A stretch of DNA of 64,000 bases from Rhynchopus sp. YZ270_cl-10 (Eukaryota). Position numbers and translations under genes: made by a program. Position 1 is the stretch's first letter. Every line of letters begins with the position of its first letter. The stretch covers positions 992,001-1,056,000 of the forward strand of contig OZ037835.1 of the NCBI GenBank assembly GCA_964035575.1. The letters are read 5' to 3'. The notes under the pieces are model-generated. The model saw nothing but the letters and a program-made list of their open reading frames with translations, did not search any database and was not told where the DNA came from. Shown in pieces: positions 48,028-57,772 of the stretch.

Positions 48028-48309
48028 ACTCTCCAACCTCTCGGCGGTCAGGTCTGTCTCACCCAACGCATGAAGCTCTGCAATGGCTTGGTACTTCTGC
48101 GTCTTCGTGAGGATGATTGTGTCACCAGCACTCAGCTGCGTCATGTCCGCTCCTTCTCCCATCGCTTCGTCTCCGAAACTCATGCCAAAGCCGTCTTCAG
48201 GCAACCCCATTGCAGACGCCACCTTCCGACGCAAGCCCTCCACTGTGTCATCTGCACCCACCTCGACTGTGTGCTGATTCGTGTCGAAACCCTTGATGTT
48301 CAGGTCCAT
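41095..48309 (-). CDS. Host Ubl (94 aa) fused to retrotransposon polyprotein: Ub-RLRGG, coiled-coil ORF1-like region, OTU protease, APE endonuclease, RT, CCHC finger, RNase H-like (2404 aa)
   Basis: Ub QIFVRTLTGKT...RLRGG (47707-47928); OTU DGDCLF...YGGERE...EHFD (~45920-46290); APE TANI, LQET, GDCN, SRID (~45020-45760); RT LDIKKCFD, LQGCALS, YADD; CEHC..EDFEHMWEQC; RNase H NVAEYEGL (~41170-41570). Confidence 0.9.
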   Translation of the reverse strand: MDLNIKGFDTNQHTVEVGADDTVEGLRRKVASAMGLPEDGFGMSFGDEAMGEGADMTQLSAGDTIILTKTQKYQAIAELHALGETDLTAERLESGVFTEHLHEVTPGNAVDCGKDSEEEEEENDEEKRQIFVRTLTGKTVTVDVSDADSVADLKAAVRAKTGGRRDVQRLTINGRDMSDKESLRMCRTHCNVWELGRLRGGSSGDTPEAMDDTPPFTLEIPDSKATNSAARVYDLRPVPPQATRADCVTALKAMQWEGARVVTLLNKGRTGEKTLVVRAESQPPHRSIKWQNVVVSIFPAEAKDTSTTTTTNHNHAPKRVPDPTVRNRKDKYTIAEFRQEYGAARGKLLFEEGTQLELAWLQRKEQRSHHQQTFTTPQNLDPLLSVVQQNAAALTQLSRTGQETTAALLHMGRGLEAMSIGVEGMGKGIEALLERQASQHAETTAVLHGMDGRLQSIEARQISTEECLQHILRVVSANTSTNTNANATTASQPSSPRPPSPLPDAESLKTPPQAPTPSPAETNKGAKTPLAKGKAGKGKGERGNHRPAIRGRLPRRHLLRVAAGGEEGKGKGKRRPREKPRTSEPARLQPRSLNSPSPIPCKSTPDPLLELEQTRNWLDAKADPTRLDTYLESHIEPGIGRSAYPKNNDNPVNPLRAITDHKEWLDATARSINSTRIAVAPDGDCLFTAIAEQSEGWTTNSLRQRVVDVLQNDDSDLYADSYSPEANEPPTYTQHLAKMRMQGTYGGERELQTAASILDRAIWVLDARAKRFSHVGGPPTSNPVVLTYRPEHFDRLKATEGLLSLIATTQAEGNRCVTLENLDTNIAVSRSRKRTKTERKRRRAARATPNLSIRTANITSMNAHQEEVWSWDNDIVALQETRLTQKKQAQASRTLYEQGWTGLWGCPVKLLPNAIQQSYGEHKGVGLMVKRGIPASVVRRDTERAKRLWDSKRYLHAKVAHGAGNHFLHLFVIYAKVGNSPQAKQERESFLSDVFAEAEIGDVPAIILGDCNSHPEPSSSEAISLAISSERWTDCAERAAGWANQEPEHTHIGKSTKSEAKSVCSRIDIILANQIAVLALAGCKTGTAGIPSHIPLDATFKNMTYRQRVLKQERPPMLQQDELSRKKTKADLEKEAEEICDGSKAQWHASTLVEDKWKAWNEDATNFWARQGDDNSAACFRKGRPPKLRRTWLCSRQSREGDAGETLKMTRIRKTIRRLTEVGNTLRTKGALTPSARKAWDKAKAGLVSILDATPEEEPQASTTLELIQRLHQRLETARKNLERDRATQRYRMIRTQWHTTPGLIYKRLNGAKMRCNTMKRGTEETANVEDMDTWLREAWLPILQKHNTLSDTPTWEAFEERFGTHIPQRPMHVEPLTGRMLKAVAESMPKGKAPSTDGWHPEELALLPTGIFDRLASILNQVEETGVWPEALLHATVSMIAKVEDPQPLDHRPISVMSAVYRLWAKTRLTSLMVWQETWAPESMHGFRTGHGTRDAFYLTALLVEKAMVSGNTLRGVFLDIKKCFDTIPWDITFSLVEKMGIDMKITRPLKSMYRDLKRRFKLYGTVGEEFKANNGILQGCALSIILLNALLAVWEAAVRTETRCRTSLYADDTTMTSNNTAQLRKGLTVSHDFATKTDLTYGSSFSFSTAKTEKLELMLGDTQLRQEKKELDNLGAVIRLAVAKKKEAATKLDKRVRKAETCARRIPHLNVPFEGRAELVATKIMPMALYGCETYEPLSTTAGRLTKAVTAAIWRGLPSRCSEIVRGVLNPLHRTDPTSYLKYQRLLALYTMGKNQEIRTLIDEIRILKRTSRVKYCGPVDILLRTTQSMNWRWENNTLLPPHTTQMNLDEPEGDLLRHQLRDGIRDDFCRRLETRREDMQGVKDGIDYRTINAVWNSYKNTDPLRAGYMRNILAGAELTQDRRKRMKMSTSDTCEHCGTGVEDFEHMWEQCSHTAHIREQHKYAGVSDPAVRESWPKCLRLNAILPAGFQMIPEVPNREALELLLLMYSDIALEREDKRKRGTTTTKTSQMDNFPWTWEPEGPYETYIGVLPDEVPDAWPYKAEGYLALKEWLESLKWPTVSNGKSQHVSHLELALDFEAHTGAKLTTEEPNSRESSMITDKITWFSNWMAKAKIVAANAYLFSGTIYPKSKVFAPLDLGIKWGTLAITRRPILTEPAEVLKTIRSLPTLCKGNKSWTNTELPPLDEDCKQERADRIAKHIRLAAEQKQQKQARRKPKKPTGHTRIFFGGYCNVRQPGARVKKNTCQGSGAGARLEIDGEVRWTASSRLADTTLNVAEYEGLLMCLEYLKSDTDTTPLNIYGSSRTVVDQVNEHCRPYAAVAHLQKEARGELDKLRATRSITLVHIDSSNNVNATKLACTAVEKLSVGETTKEDKLGQHPL
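47961..48027 (-). ncRNA. HDV-like self-cleaving ribozyme
   Basis: GGGGTT TTTA CCGAGC ACC TCCACGA GGT GACCCC GG GCAA CGCAGT GG ACTGCG G C AAA GACTCGG parses as P1, P2, P3, canonical L3, P1', P1.1, GCAA, P4, catalytic C, P2'. Confidence 0.88.
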
Positions 48310-49982
48310 GTCTTTGCTGTGGTTTTGTGTTCTGATCTCTGTGTGTGGTGGTGGGGTGTGGAGGACAACAAGCCTGCAGTAGTTTTCAACACCCCTGCCA
48401 AAAAATAAAACTATGGGAAAAGGGCCCCTCTCCCCGACCCACAACCCCCGACTTCAGATCTCTCACCTCTCCACCCCCTCTCCCTGAACCAGCGCCCTTC
48501 ACAGACGTTCCCTCCTCACGAAAGCAAACCCACCTTCCCCTGCCCCTCTCACGCACCGTTACCTGCCCCGTTCTGCACAAGAAACCCACGCAGCCTCCAC
48601 GCTGTCTCCACCCCACGCAAGAAAAACGAACGCCAAGGATGCTCTCGTGCTGCAACCACAGACAAGCTGAGGTGCCAGACAAATGCACGAAAGCACCCCC
48701 ACGGCCGGCCACAGCTTCCCCTCTCCCATCATTTCCACAAAACGATGCAGGGAAGCGCCACACCCAAACCCCCCCACACTCACAACACTGTGCACCTCCA
48801 CCTCCCTGCCCCCCACCCAACCCAACCCACAGACCTTCACCGCAACAGGGAGAACACCCAAACCCCACATCAACCTGCCACTCCCTTGGGTACTCTTCCT
48901 CCGGCAAAAGCCGTAAGAGAAACGGTTACCACCCCCGGGGTTGCCTCCTCCTCCTCCTCCAGAGACTGCAGCATTGCAGACACAGACCACGTCTGCGTTA
49001 GCGTGGCAAAAGGCCTGCAGAGCCCACCGTGGCTGAAGTGCTTAGAGGTGCAGGTAAAAGTTAGGGCGCAGTCCCTGATGGCTGCGTATTACCAGCACTT
49101 CCTTCCCCGTCGAGAGATCCCCTACAGAGATGGGAACATGAAACAACTTTAGAACTGTCGGGAGTGACTGCCACCTCGGTCACTTCCCCTTTGTGGCCCA
49201 ATGCGAACAACTGCCTCCTCAGTTTGCCTCCGGATCCCATCTTCCTGTGTTTTGTGTATTGTCCCCTGTTCGTGTGTTGTGGTGTTGTGTTCTGTGCAGT
49301 CTTGCTGCTCAGGTGTAGGGGAGGGAGGGTATGCCCACACAGCGCTGCTGCGACAGGAAGGATCCCTTGCGCGCAAAGAAGCATTTGCCCGCAGAGGAGC
49401 AGAAGACCACCTTCACCTGACAATACTTCATCCCTATACCCCACCACCGCCGTCACCGCCGCACGCTCTATACTGAATGCAAAGATAACAATGGTACCCC
49501 CCAGTTTGTTTTTTTTTGTGATTTTGCTATTATTTTTTTTCGTTTCTTTCCCTGCTTCTGTTCGCACTAAAAACGAATGGTACCACAAAACGTGAATAGC
49601 CAGTGTTTTGTTGTGCGCTGTGGATACTGGATACCTCGAGTGAGGTAAAAAACACCACTGTTGCAATGTTCCGTATTTGGATTCACCGCGCGAGGTTGGT
49701 TGTATGAACGTCTTGTGGACGTGAAGCACTGTCATCTGATCGGAATAATAAGCAGGATATGATAAAAAGGAATAGTTATTGATGCACGCACCTCCGACTG
49801 ACACACGTACGATGCCAGTCATCCTGGTGAATGCACAAAAAAATAAAATAAAAAAAACCCCCCTTGTTGGTACGCTTCCCACGTCGTACGCATCACTCAG
49901 GGGTAAAAGATTTAAAAACAATGATTTGAACAACAACAAAAACAAAAACAAAAAACAACAATGAGGACACTGCTGTAGCCTT

Positions 49983-51123
49983 CTATGCAGCCTGGTCGTA
50001 CATCTTCCTCATGACCGGGTGGCAGGTCCTCTCCAGCTTCCTCTGGGAGGACTGGAACTCCTCCTTGGTGGCCTCAGTGCCGCAGAGCTCGAGGGCACCG
50101 TTGCAGGCGTCCATGACCTTCTTCTTGTCGTCGTCGCCAACAAGCCCGCCGGTTCTGTCGTCCATGAGGGTGGTGACCATCTGGTAGGCGTAGGTCTCGA
50201 GCTCGTGTCTGGCGTCGACACGCTCGCGTGCCTGCTTGTCGGCCTCAGCGAACTTCTCTGCGTCGTTGCACATGTCGTCAATCTCCTTCTGGGACAGACG
50301 GCCCTTGTCGTTGGTGATGGTGACCTGCGACTTCTTCCCGGTCGACTTGTCCTCGGCAGACACGTCCATGATACCGTTGGCGTCAACGTCAAAGGTGACC
50401 TCAATCTGGGGCACTCCACGTGGGGCCGGCGGGATGCCGGTGAGGTCGAAGGTTCCGAGCTGGTGGCAGTCCTTGGTCATCGCGCGCTCCCCCTCGAACA
50501 CACAGATGTTCACCACAGGCTGGTTGTCCGCGCACGTCGAGAACTCCTGGCTCTTCTTCGTCGGGATCGTCGTGTTCCTCTTGATCAGCGGTGTCATCAC
50601 ACCCCCGTCCGTCTCAATCCCGACAGTCAGGGGGGTCACGTCCAGCAGCAGGATCTGCTCCGTCTGCGTGCTCTTTCCTCCGGTCAGCACGAAGGCCTGC
50701 ACGGCAGCGCCAAAGGCAACAGCCTCGTCGGGGTTGATCGACTTGTTCAGGTCCTTTCCGCCGAAGAAGTCCGACACCATCGCCTGGATCTTCGGGATAC
50801 GGGTCGATCCTCCGACCAGCACAACCTCCGTGATGGCGCGCTTGTCAATCTTCGAGTCGTTCAGGACAGACTCCACAGGGCGCAGGCACGACTTGAACAG
50901 GTCCGCGCACAGCTCCTCGAACTTGGCACGTGTGATCGAGGAGTAGAAGTCCGTACCCTCGAACAGCGAGTCGATCTCAATGCTGGTCTGTGCCGCCGAC
51001 GACAGGGCACGCTTGGCACGCTCACAGGCAGTGCGCAGACGGCGCAGCGCACGCTGGTTCGTGGTCAGGTCCTTCTTGTGCTTCTTCTTGAACTCCTCCA
51101 CGAAGTGGTTCACCATGCGGTTG

Positions 51124-51155
<32 letters not shown>

Positions 51156-51827
51156 GGCAGTCGCCTTCACCTCGAAGATTCCTCCGTCAATCGCCAGAAG
51201 CGTCACATCGAAGGTACCACCACCCAGGTCGAAGATCAGGATGTTCTTCTGGCTCTGGCTCGCGTTGTCGAGTCCGTAGGCGATGGCGGCCGCAGTCGGC
51301 TCGTTGATGATACGCAGCACGTCCATACCAGAGATCGCTCCTGCGTCCTTGGTGGCCTGACGCTGCGAGTCGTTGAAGTACGCAGGCACAGTCACAACGC
51401 TCTTCTTCACCTCCTTTCCAAGGAACTGCTCGGCGGTCTCCTTCATCTTCACAAGGATCATCGCAGAGATCTCTTCAGGCCTGAACGTCTTCGTCGTCCC
51501 CATGAACGACACCTCAATCAGCGGCTTCCCGTCCTCCTTCGCCACAACCTTGAAGGGCCAGTGCTTCATGTCGCTCTGCACAGACGAGTCCTCCAGCTTG
51601 CGGCCGATCAAACGCTTGGCGTCGAACACGGTGTTGGTGGGGTTCATCGCGACCTGGTTCTTTGCGGCATCTCCGATCAGACGCTCGCTGTCTGCGAACG
51701 CCACGTACGACGGGGTGGTACGGTTACCCTGGTTGTTCGCGATGATCTCCACACGCTCGTTCTGCCACACTCCCACGCAGGAGTAGGTCGTTCCCAGGTC
51801 GATACCGATGGCGCCGTCGTAGGACAT
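49983..51827 (-). CDS. HSP70: Cytosolic-type heat shock protein 70 (614 aa), lacking the EEVD tail
   Basis: [32 protein letters not shown] signatures; start MSYDGAIG. Confidence 0.95.
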
Positions 51828-52559
51828 TGTTGTAGGTGTTTTGGTTGTTGATAAAAAAGGTAAAAGTGATGAGCTGTTGTGTAGTGAGGTGTCCGTGTGT
51901 AGGTGGGGTTGTGACACGATGGAGCATCTTTGCGCTGTGTGCGCGGTACGCTGAACAGATCGAGAATACGTGAGCGTTGCCTGGGGAAGGAGACAAAGAA
52001 GAAGGCAGACGTGTCAGACAGCCTCGCGGGTGTCAAGGAAAAAAGCTCTGAGAGGCTCGTTCCGCTTTGCTTATTGCTCAAAAGACTATAAACGGGGAGG
52101 GGGGGGATAAGGTTGTTTGTTGTTCGCTTTCACTTTTTTTTTTCTTTCGATTTGATAACGGTGAATATGCAAAGTTACGCTATGCATATGTTCGCCTGAA
52201 GTACATAAAATGTCGTGGAGCACAGGGGAGAAGAGAGGGGTTTTTTCGAATAAGTAAAAGAAGGGGAAAACAAGCGGGGAGGTGGATGCGCAGAACGCAC
52301 GACTTTCCACGAGAATCTCGAGCATTTTGTCGAATACGATGTGTAAACTAAAAGGGGAAAAAAGGAGGCTAAGAACACATGGTGGTTTGTCAAAGAAGTG
52401 TGTTTGCTGCGCATATTTCATTTTTTCCTCTTCGCCAAAACTAATGAAACTAACACAAAACGAAGATAACACATGTGTAATCGAAACACATCTCGGAAAA
52501 GATGTGAATATGAACAGACAGCACACTTAGTACACTGGCAGTGTAACACCGCGACAAGC

Positions 52560-53180
52560 CGCTCTTCTGTGCTCGCACAACGCACCCGCAGTGGCATGAG
52601 GGCACCACAGCACGAGGCAGTGTCACTGCCACTCCCGACACGTTACTACTATGCTGCAAGGCAAAGACTTCCTTCCGCTGCCCACATCCCACACACGCAG
52701 AGGTTGGTCATCAAAGAACAACACAACATCCAGCGGGAGTCAACAGCCACACCTTCGACGTCAGAGTTGTGTCCTTCGAACACCATCGTCTCTTCCCCAG
52801 TGTGAAGTTTCCACATATGTACGGTGTAATCAGCAGAGCACGAAACCACATGCACTCCATAGGAGTCACTGCCACTCCATTCATGACGTCATTATGATGC
52901 CTGTGTGTCCTGTAAATACTGTCACCTCTTGCTCAGTCATCACTGCAGCACCTGCCAGTATTGAAGACTTCTTCAAGAACACCGCAAACTCACGGCAATA
53001 CGATTCTTTGTGTCTGGTGCAAACACCTGTGTCTGCCTCCCGGTGGATGCGTTCCACATGTGTATCCTCTTCCCACTGCGCGAAATAGATCCATCAGGGG
53101 TCACTCCCACAGAACGCACTGAGGCTGGGTGTGCTTCGAAACCTGGTGTCTCCTTCCCGGTCGTGATGTTCCACACTCGA
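52560..53180 (-). pseudogene. WD40-repeat relic homologous to 36490-37050
   Basis: VVSCSADYTVHMWK..TGE...FEGHNSDVEGVAV; HPASVRSVGVTPDGS; frameshifted. Confidence 0.65.
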
Positions 53181-53599
53181 ACAGTTAAAACTCATAAAAA
53201 CCCACAATGGGGTGATCAGGGGTACCTTGCTGCCACTCTGGTCACAGAAGCATTGGTGTGGTATGGTGGCCATGGGCGTAAGTGCACTGTGTGGATACAG
53301 AGCCTCTAAGTAATATAGTAGTGCCGACTATTAGCTGGCACCACTTTGCGGGCTGGTCCTGATCCAGGGTCTCGGCAAAAAAACCCCCAAGACCTCATAA
53401 AAACCCATAATATTATAAACCCATTTTAACAGAGGGTAAACATCCACACAGGTCTTACACTACATAAAAGGACAGAAAAAACGAATGCCGAAGACAGAAA
53501 AGGGGCAAGACATGGAGGAGGCGTCCTCAAAGGAACGTATGGCATGACGCTGGGTTATGGGGCTCTAGATCTATCGCACTCTATAGAGACGAACCGACG

Positions 53600-54194
53600 C
53601 AGTCCAAGGTCCTTAAGAACCCGATGAGTGCATACAGAGAACGGAACTACCTCGGTATGACGTTGCGCAGCGTATGTTGCTATCATGTATTTGGGAGTAC
53701 TGCGGTGCACAGAAGCATGGAGTCTTGAGACAGGTAGTGTGGAAAAGGGGAGGCGTGGCTACATGACGCACAAGCCAAATATCAGTGCAAAGGCGCACAG
53801 CGGATTGGAACCTTTTTCTGATTCCAGAAGGGGTGTTGCGAGGCTGTGCATGAGCACAATGCCGAGGCACACCGGGGAAAGCAAAGAACCAGCCCATGGG
53901 TGTTCAGATGAAGTGCCGCAGTCCTACCCAGGTGGCGAGGATCCTAGAGAGGCAGGACCCAAGCAGCTACACAGGGAGACTCGCTTCGCCGCAGGTCTGG
54001 TGCAGAAGCGGATCTCAACAACGGGTGTCACGACGTGTGTAGCTGGTCGTCTGCAGAGATGCCTCTCCGCTACTGTGCAGCGTCGGATGCTTCAGCCACA
54101 TAGATGGCTGCACGACTGGCTTAGAGAGGTTCACGAGGGGCGCCAGCCAGAAACCTGTCAACATCAATCTGAACGTATATGGGTGAGTCTTTCA
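53600..54194 (+). mobile_element. Possible decayed 3' end of an RLE-type (CRE/SLACS-like) non-LTR element
   Basis: Weak motifs across frames: LLSC...KHGVLRQVV, RRTAD, LQRCLSATVQR; directly followed by a simple-repeat tract. Confidence 0.3.
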
Positions 54195-54458
54195 GTTGTT
54201 GTTATTGTTGTTATTGTTGTTATTGTTGTTATTGTTGTTATTGTTGTTATTGTTGTTATTGTTGTTATTGTTGTTATTGTTGTTATTGTTGTTATTGTTG
54301 TTATTGTTGTTATTGTTGTTATTGTTGTTATTGTTGTTATTGTTGTTATTGTTGTTATTGTTGTTATTGTTGTTATTGTTGTTATTGTTGTCATTGTTGT
54401 TATTGTTGTTATTGTTGGTATTGTTGTTATTGTTGTTATTGTTGTTATTGTTATTGTT
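54195..54458. repeat. (GTTGTTATT)n tandem repeat, about 29 units
   Basis: Directly visible. Confidence 0.97.
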
Positions 54459-55419
54459 CACGGTGGCCAGTTTGATGTGGGAGAGCGTCAAAAGCGGACG
54501 AAAATACAGGTTGAGAATTGCTATCCCGCGGGGAGCGTGCGCTCTCCCAAAAAACGTCAATTTTTTGACGCTCTCCCGCTCACACTGGCCACCGTGTTGC
54601 TGCATATTTTTCACACTTTTCACATGCCCCTTCACAGACACCTCTTTTCCATCGTAGCGGGGGTATCCAGTCTTTCTAAAGCTGGCTCATACCAACGACA
54701 GCAGAAGCTGAAGCAGGAGGTATCAGGGGTACCTTTCTGCCACTCTGGTCACAGAAACATAGGGGTGGTTGTGAAACCATATTCTGGGTTTTGGGGGCTT
54801 TTGGGCAAAAAATACACTTTTTTTTGACCCATTTTTGGGTATTTTAGGGTGGTTTAAGAGGGACAAGGCCACCACATGACGTTGGTGACCAACAAGCTGC
54901 AGGACAGCGTGGATCGGTACGCCGTCGCACGAGGATGGGTGACTAGTGTCCGCAACCCTGAGACTGTTTTTGAAGAGGTCGCTTGTTCCGTCTGCAGGGA
55001 CGTAAAGAAGATGGCCACAGGCATCATAGGGACAGAACATGGTGCCCAGTTCGTGGCGTCGGTCATGGAACACATGAGAGTGCGAATGGGAAGAGGACAG
55101 CGGTAGTGTTCTGGCAAAGACGAGGAATGTTGGAAGAGGGTATGGCAAAGGATGTTGAGGGCCAGGGGGCTAAGTCGCTTTGCCAACTCGGGATTGAGGT
55201 GACTGCCGCCATGGGCTCCACAGCGGTCAAGTGGGCATTGACATGAGATACGATCATCGTCCTTCACCCACATAAACATGGGGAAGGTCGTCCAAGCATG
55301 AATCATGCTAGTGGGGTGCTTTTTCCGGTAGCCGGCTGCCTTCTGCTTTTCGAGCAGGACACCTAGAGTATGTGGTGTGGAATCAGACTTGAAGTTACTA
55401 GTTGAATTTGTACAGGGGA

Positions 55420-57260
55420 GCCGACGTGCAAGCCGACATGCTGCAAGGTGCTCCCCAAGCAATTTGTGCCGGAACGGAACGCACTCCGCTCCTCCCCAAA
55501 GTCCTCAATCCGGAACGGCAGGCAGCGGAAGATCCCGCACAGCCTCACACACACACCCACAGTCCCCTGCCACTCGTTTGTCTCCAGCATCCTGCATGCA
55601 ACAAGCTCCCCTGCACGCACCACATCCTCCAAAGACACATCCGAAACAGCAACAGCAACTCCACCAGATGCCATTTCCTTCTTCGTCCACGTCTCCAGGT
55701 AGGCCTTGTAGATCACCTCCTCAGAAGCCTTCCCGCTGCGCTGTGCGTGGCACGCCATGTGCAGCACAAACGGGTCCCGCAGAAGCACACATCCTTTGTT
55801 TTCCCCATCAGGATTGCGCTCTGTGCCCGCTGCTGCCTGTGCACACTGCAGACATCTGCTTCCCACGTGCACGAAGACACCTCCGCACCTCCTTCATCAG
55901 CGGACGTGTCTCCGACTCATCCACACGTGTGTCGTCCCCCACACGCCCCTCCACGGACTGCGCAAGGTAGTCCTTGAAGAACGCGACTGTGTGACCCATC
56001 ACCTCCTGCAGTGCACCCACCTGCTCAGCCGCACTCGTCTCGCACACCACCATCACCCTTACCCACACTAGCACCCGAACACACACCTCCTGCATCACAA
56101 TCACATCAAAGCGCAGCCCCATCATCCGCAGCAACGTCGGCGAAAGCTTCCACTACACCACTCAATGTTCGCTGTGCACACAAAGAACGTGCCACCCTTC
56201 CCATACATGAAGCTCCGAGCCACATCCCGCTTCAGTGTTGTCGACGTGAAGCAGTTCCACACAATGTGCGTCCCCAGCGCGTACTTCGCAGACACGTTCA
56301 CATTGATCCCGCGGAACACAGTCCGCAGCTGCTTCCGCCGGCTCCCAATCAGCCGGTCCGGACTTTTCAGGCTTCTACGCTCAGTGTCCCATCTTCCTGA
56401 TGTATCTTGTGTGGGGTGTGTCTGTTCACAGAGGTTGGTGTGTTGTCCCTGTTCGCATGTTGTGGCCAGGTTCTGCCCCACATTCCTCCCTCCCAACCCT
56501 GGCAGCGATACAGCCGCACTGCCAAGAGAGCCACGCCTTGTGGATAGGTGAGGAACCCCACACCACAAAGCACTGCTTCGCGAAGCCGCAGCACCACTGC
56601 CTCCACCCACACACTCCGCTGTCTCCACCCACCCCACGCAAGGAAGAACGCCAAAGGTGCTCTCGTGCTGCAACCACAGACAAGCTGAGGTGCCAGACAA
56701 ATGCACGAAAGCACCCCACGGCCGGCCACAGCTTCCACTCTCCCATTATTTCCATAAAACGATGCAGGGAAGCGCCACACCCAAACTCCCCCACACTCAC
56801 AACAGTGCACCTCCACCTCCCCGCAGCCTCCCTCCGTCCTCTCATGTCCTCCAGCAGACGCTTGCACACCACACGGAACCCCGCCTCCATGTGCCGCACG
56901 AGTTCGTCTGTGCAGCCCAACGGCTGATCCTCCTTTGGCAGACCACGCAGCCAGCACAGCAGGTCTTTACCTCCACTGCTGATGTTGCAGTTTTTATCCT
57001 CCTTTTTCAGCCACCCACCTTCCATCCGTCTGTGTGCCGCAGCGTACACCCGCGTCCCTGTGCTGCAGTGCGCACCACAGCGGCACCTTCCCGTCCCTGT
57101 CACACACATTCCCTGCCCGTTCTTCACAAAAAACCTCACTGCCTCCACGTCCCCCGCAAGTACGGCGCTGTGCAGCATTGTCCTCCCGTCCACGCTGTCC
57201 ACTGCGTCTACAGGCCTCTGATTCCCAGTAAGTCCCTTTGCAATCTCGTCATTTCCAGGC
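55420..57260 (-). pseudogene. Ank-NACHT-like relic 3
   Basis: DGRTMLHSAVLAGDVEAVRFFVKNG ankyrin; DPFVLHMA, IYKAYLETW, LGEHLAACRL; split by the dispersed repeat. Confidence 0.6.
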
Positions 57261-57772
57261 TTCCACACTCAGCAGCCCATGTTCCCGATATGTGCGTGTA
57301 GTGTGAGTGTTCGCAGAGTCTGGTGTGTTGTGTCGTTCAGGGCAGTCTTGCTGACCCAAGCAGAGAGTCCTCCCTACCCACACACAGCTCTGCACACTGT
57401 AAACCCGCGGGTTTGCCCACTCACACAGTGCCGCCACACACTGCGCTGTCTCCACCCACCCCACGCAAGGAAGAACGCCAAAGGTGCTCTCGTGCTGCAA
57501 CCACAGACAAGCTGAGGTGCCAGACAAATTGCACGAAAGCACCCCACAGTCGGCCACAGCTTCCCCTCTCCCATCATTTCCACAAAACGATGCAGGGAAG
57601 CGCCACACCCAAACCCCCCCACACTCACAACAGTGTGCAACCTCCACCACACCCCTGCCTCCAGCACAGCCTCACTCACAAGAGTTCCCTCCACACCCCA
57701 AGCACCCCAAGCACCCCAAGAAGACAGTGAAAGACCACGTGGTGTCAACGAGTTCAGGAGTGATGAATTACA

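Larger units (their letters stand above)
40017..48309 (-). pseudogene. Ubl-LRR copy 8, interrupted by the full-length LINE
   Basis: Host 5' part 48028-48309 and 3' part 40017-40665; removing insert plus one TSD leaves 912 nt in frame. Confidence 0.9.

Noticed and set aside
48310..48444. N-terminal extensions in the ORF track (also 35348-35725, 18407-18613, 59861-59947, 51828-51917)
   Set aside because: They are not conserved among paralogs and several use non-ATG starts; the family-conserved ATG lies downstream.
50019..51851. 610-aa antisense ORF
   Set aside because: Shadow of HSP70 codon bias; long antisense frames are well known for hsp70 genes.
52086..52094. TATA box or heat-shock element for HSP70
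   Set aside because: CTATAAA is on the opposite strand and no clean nGAAnnTTCn array was found.
53685..54827. Poly-VVI, poly-N, poly-L and poly-TTI ORFs
   Set aside because: Artefacts of the 9-bp tandem repeat.
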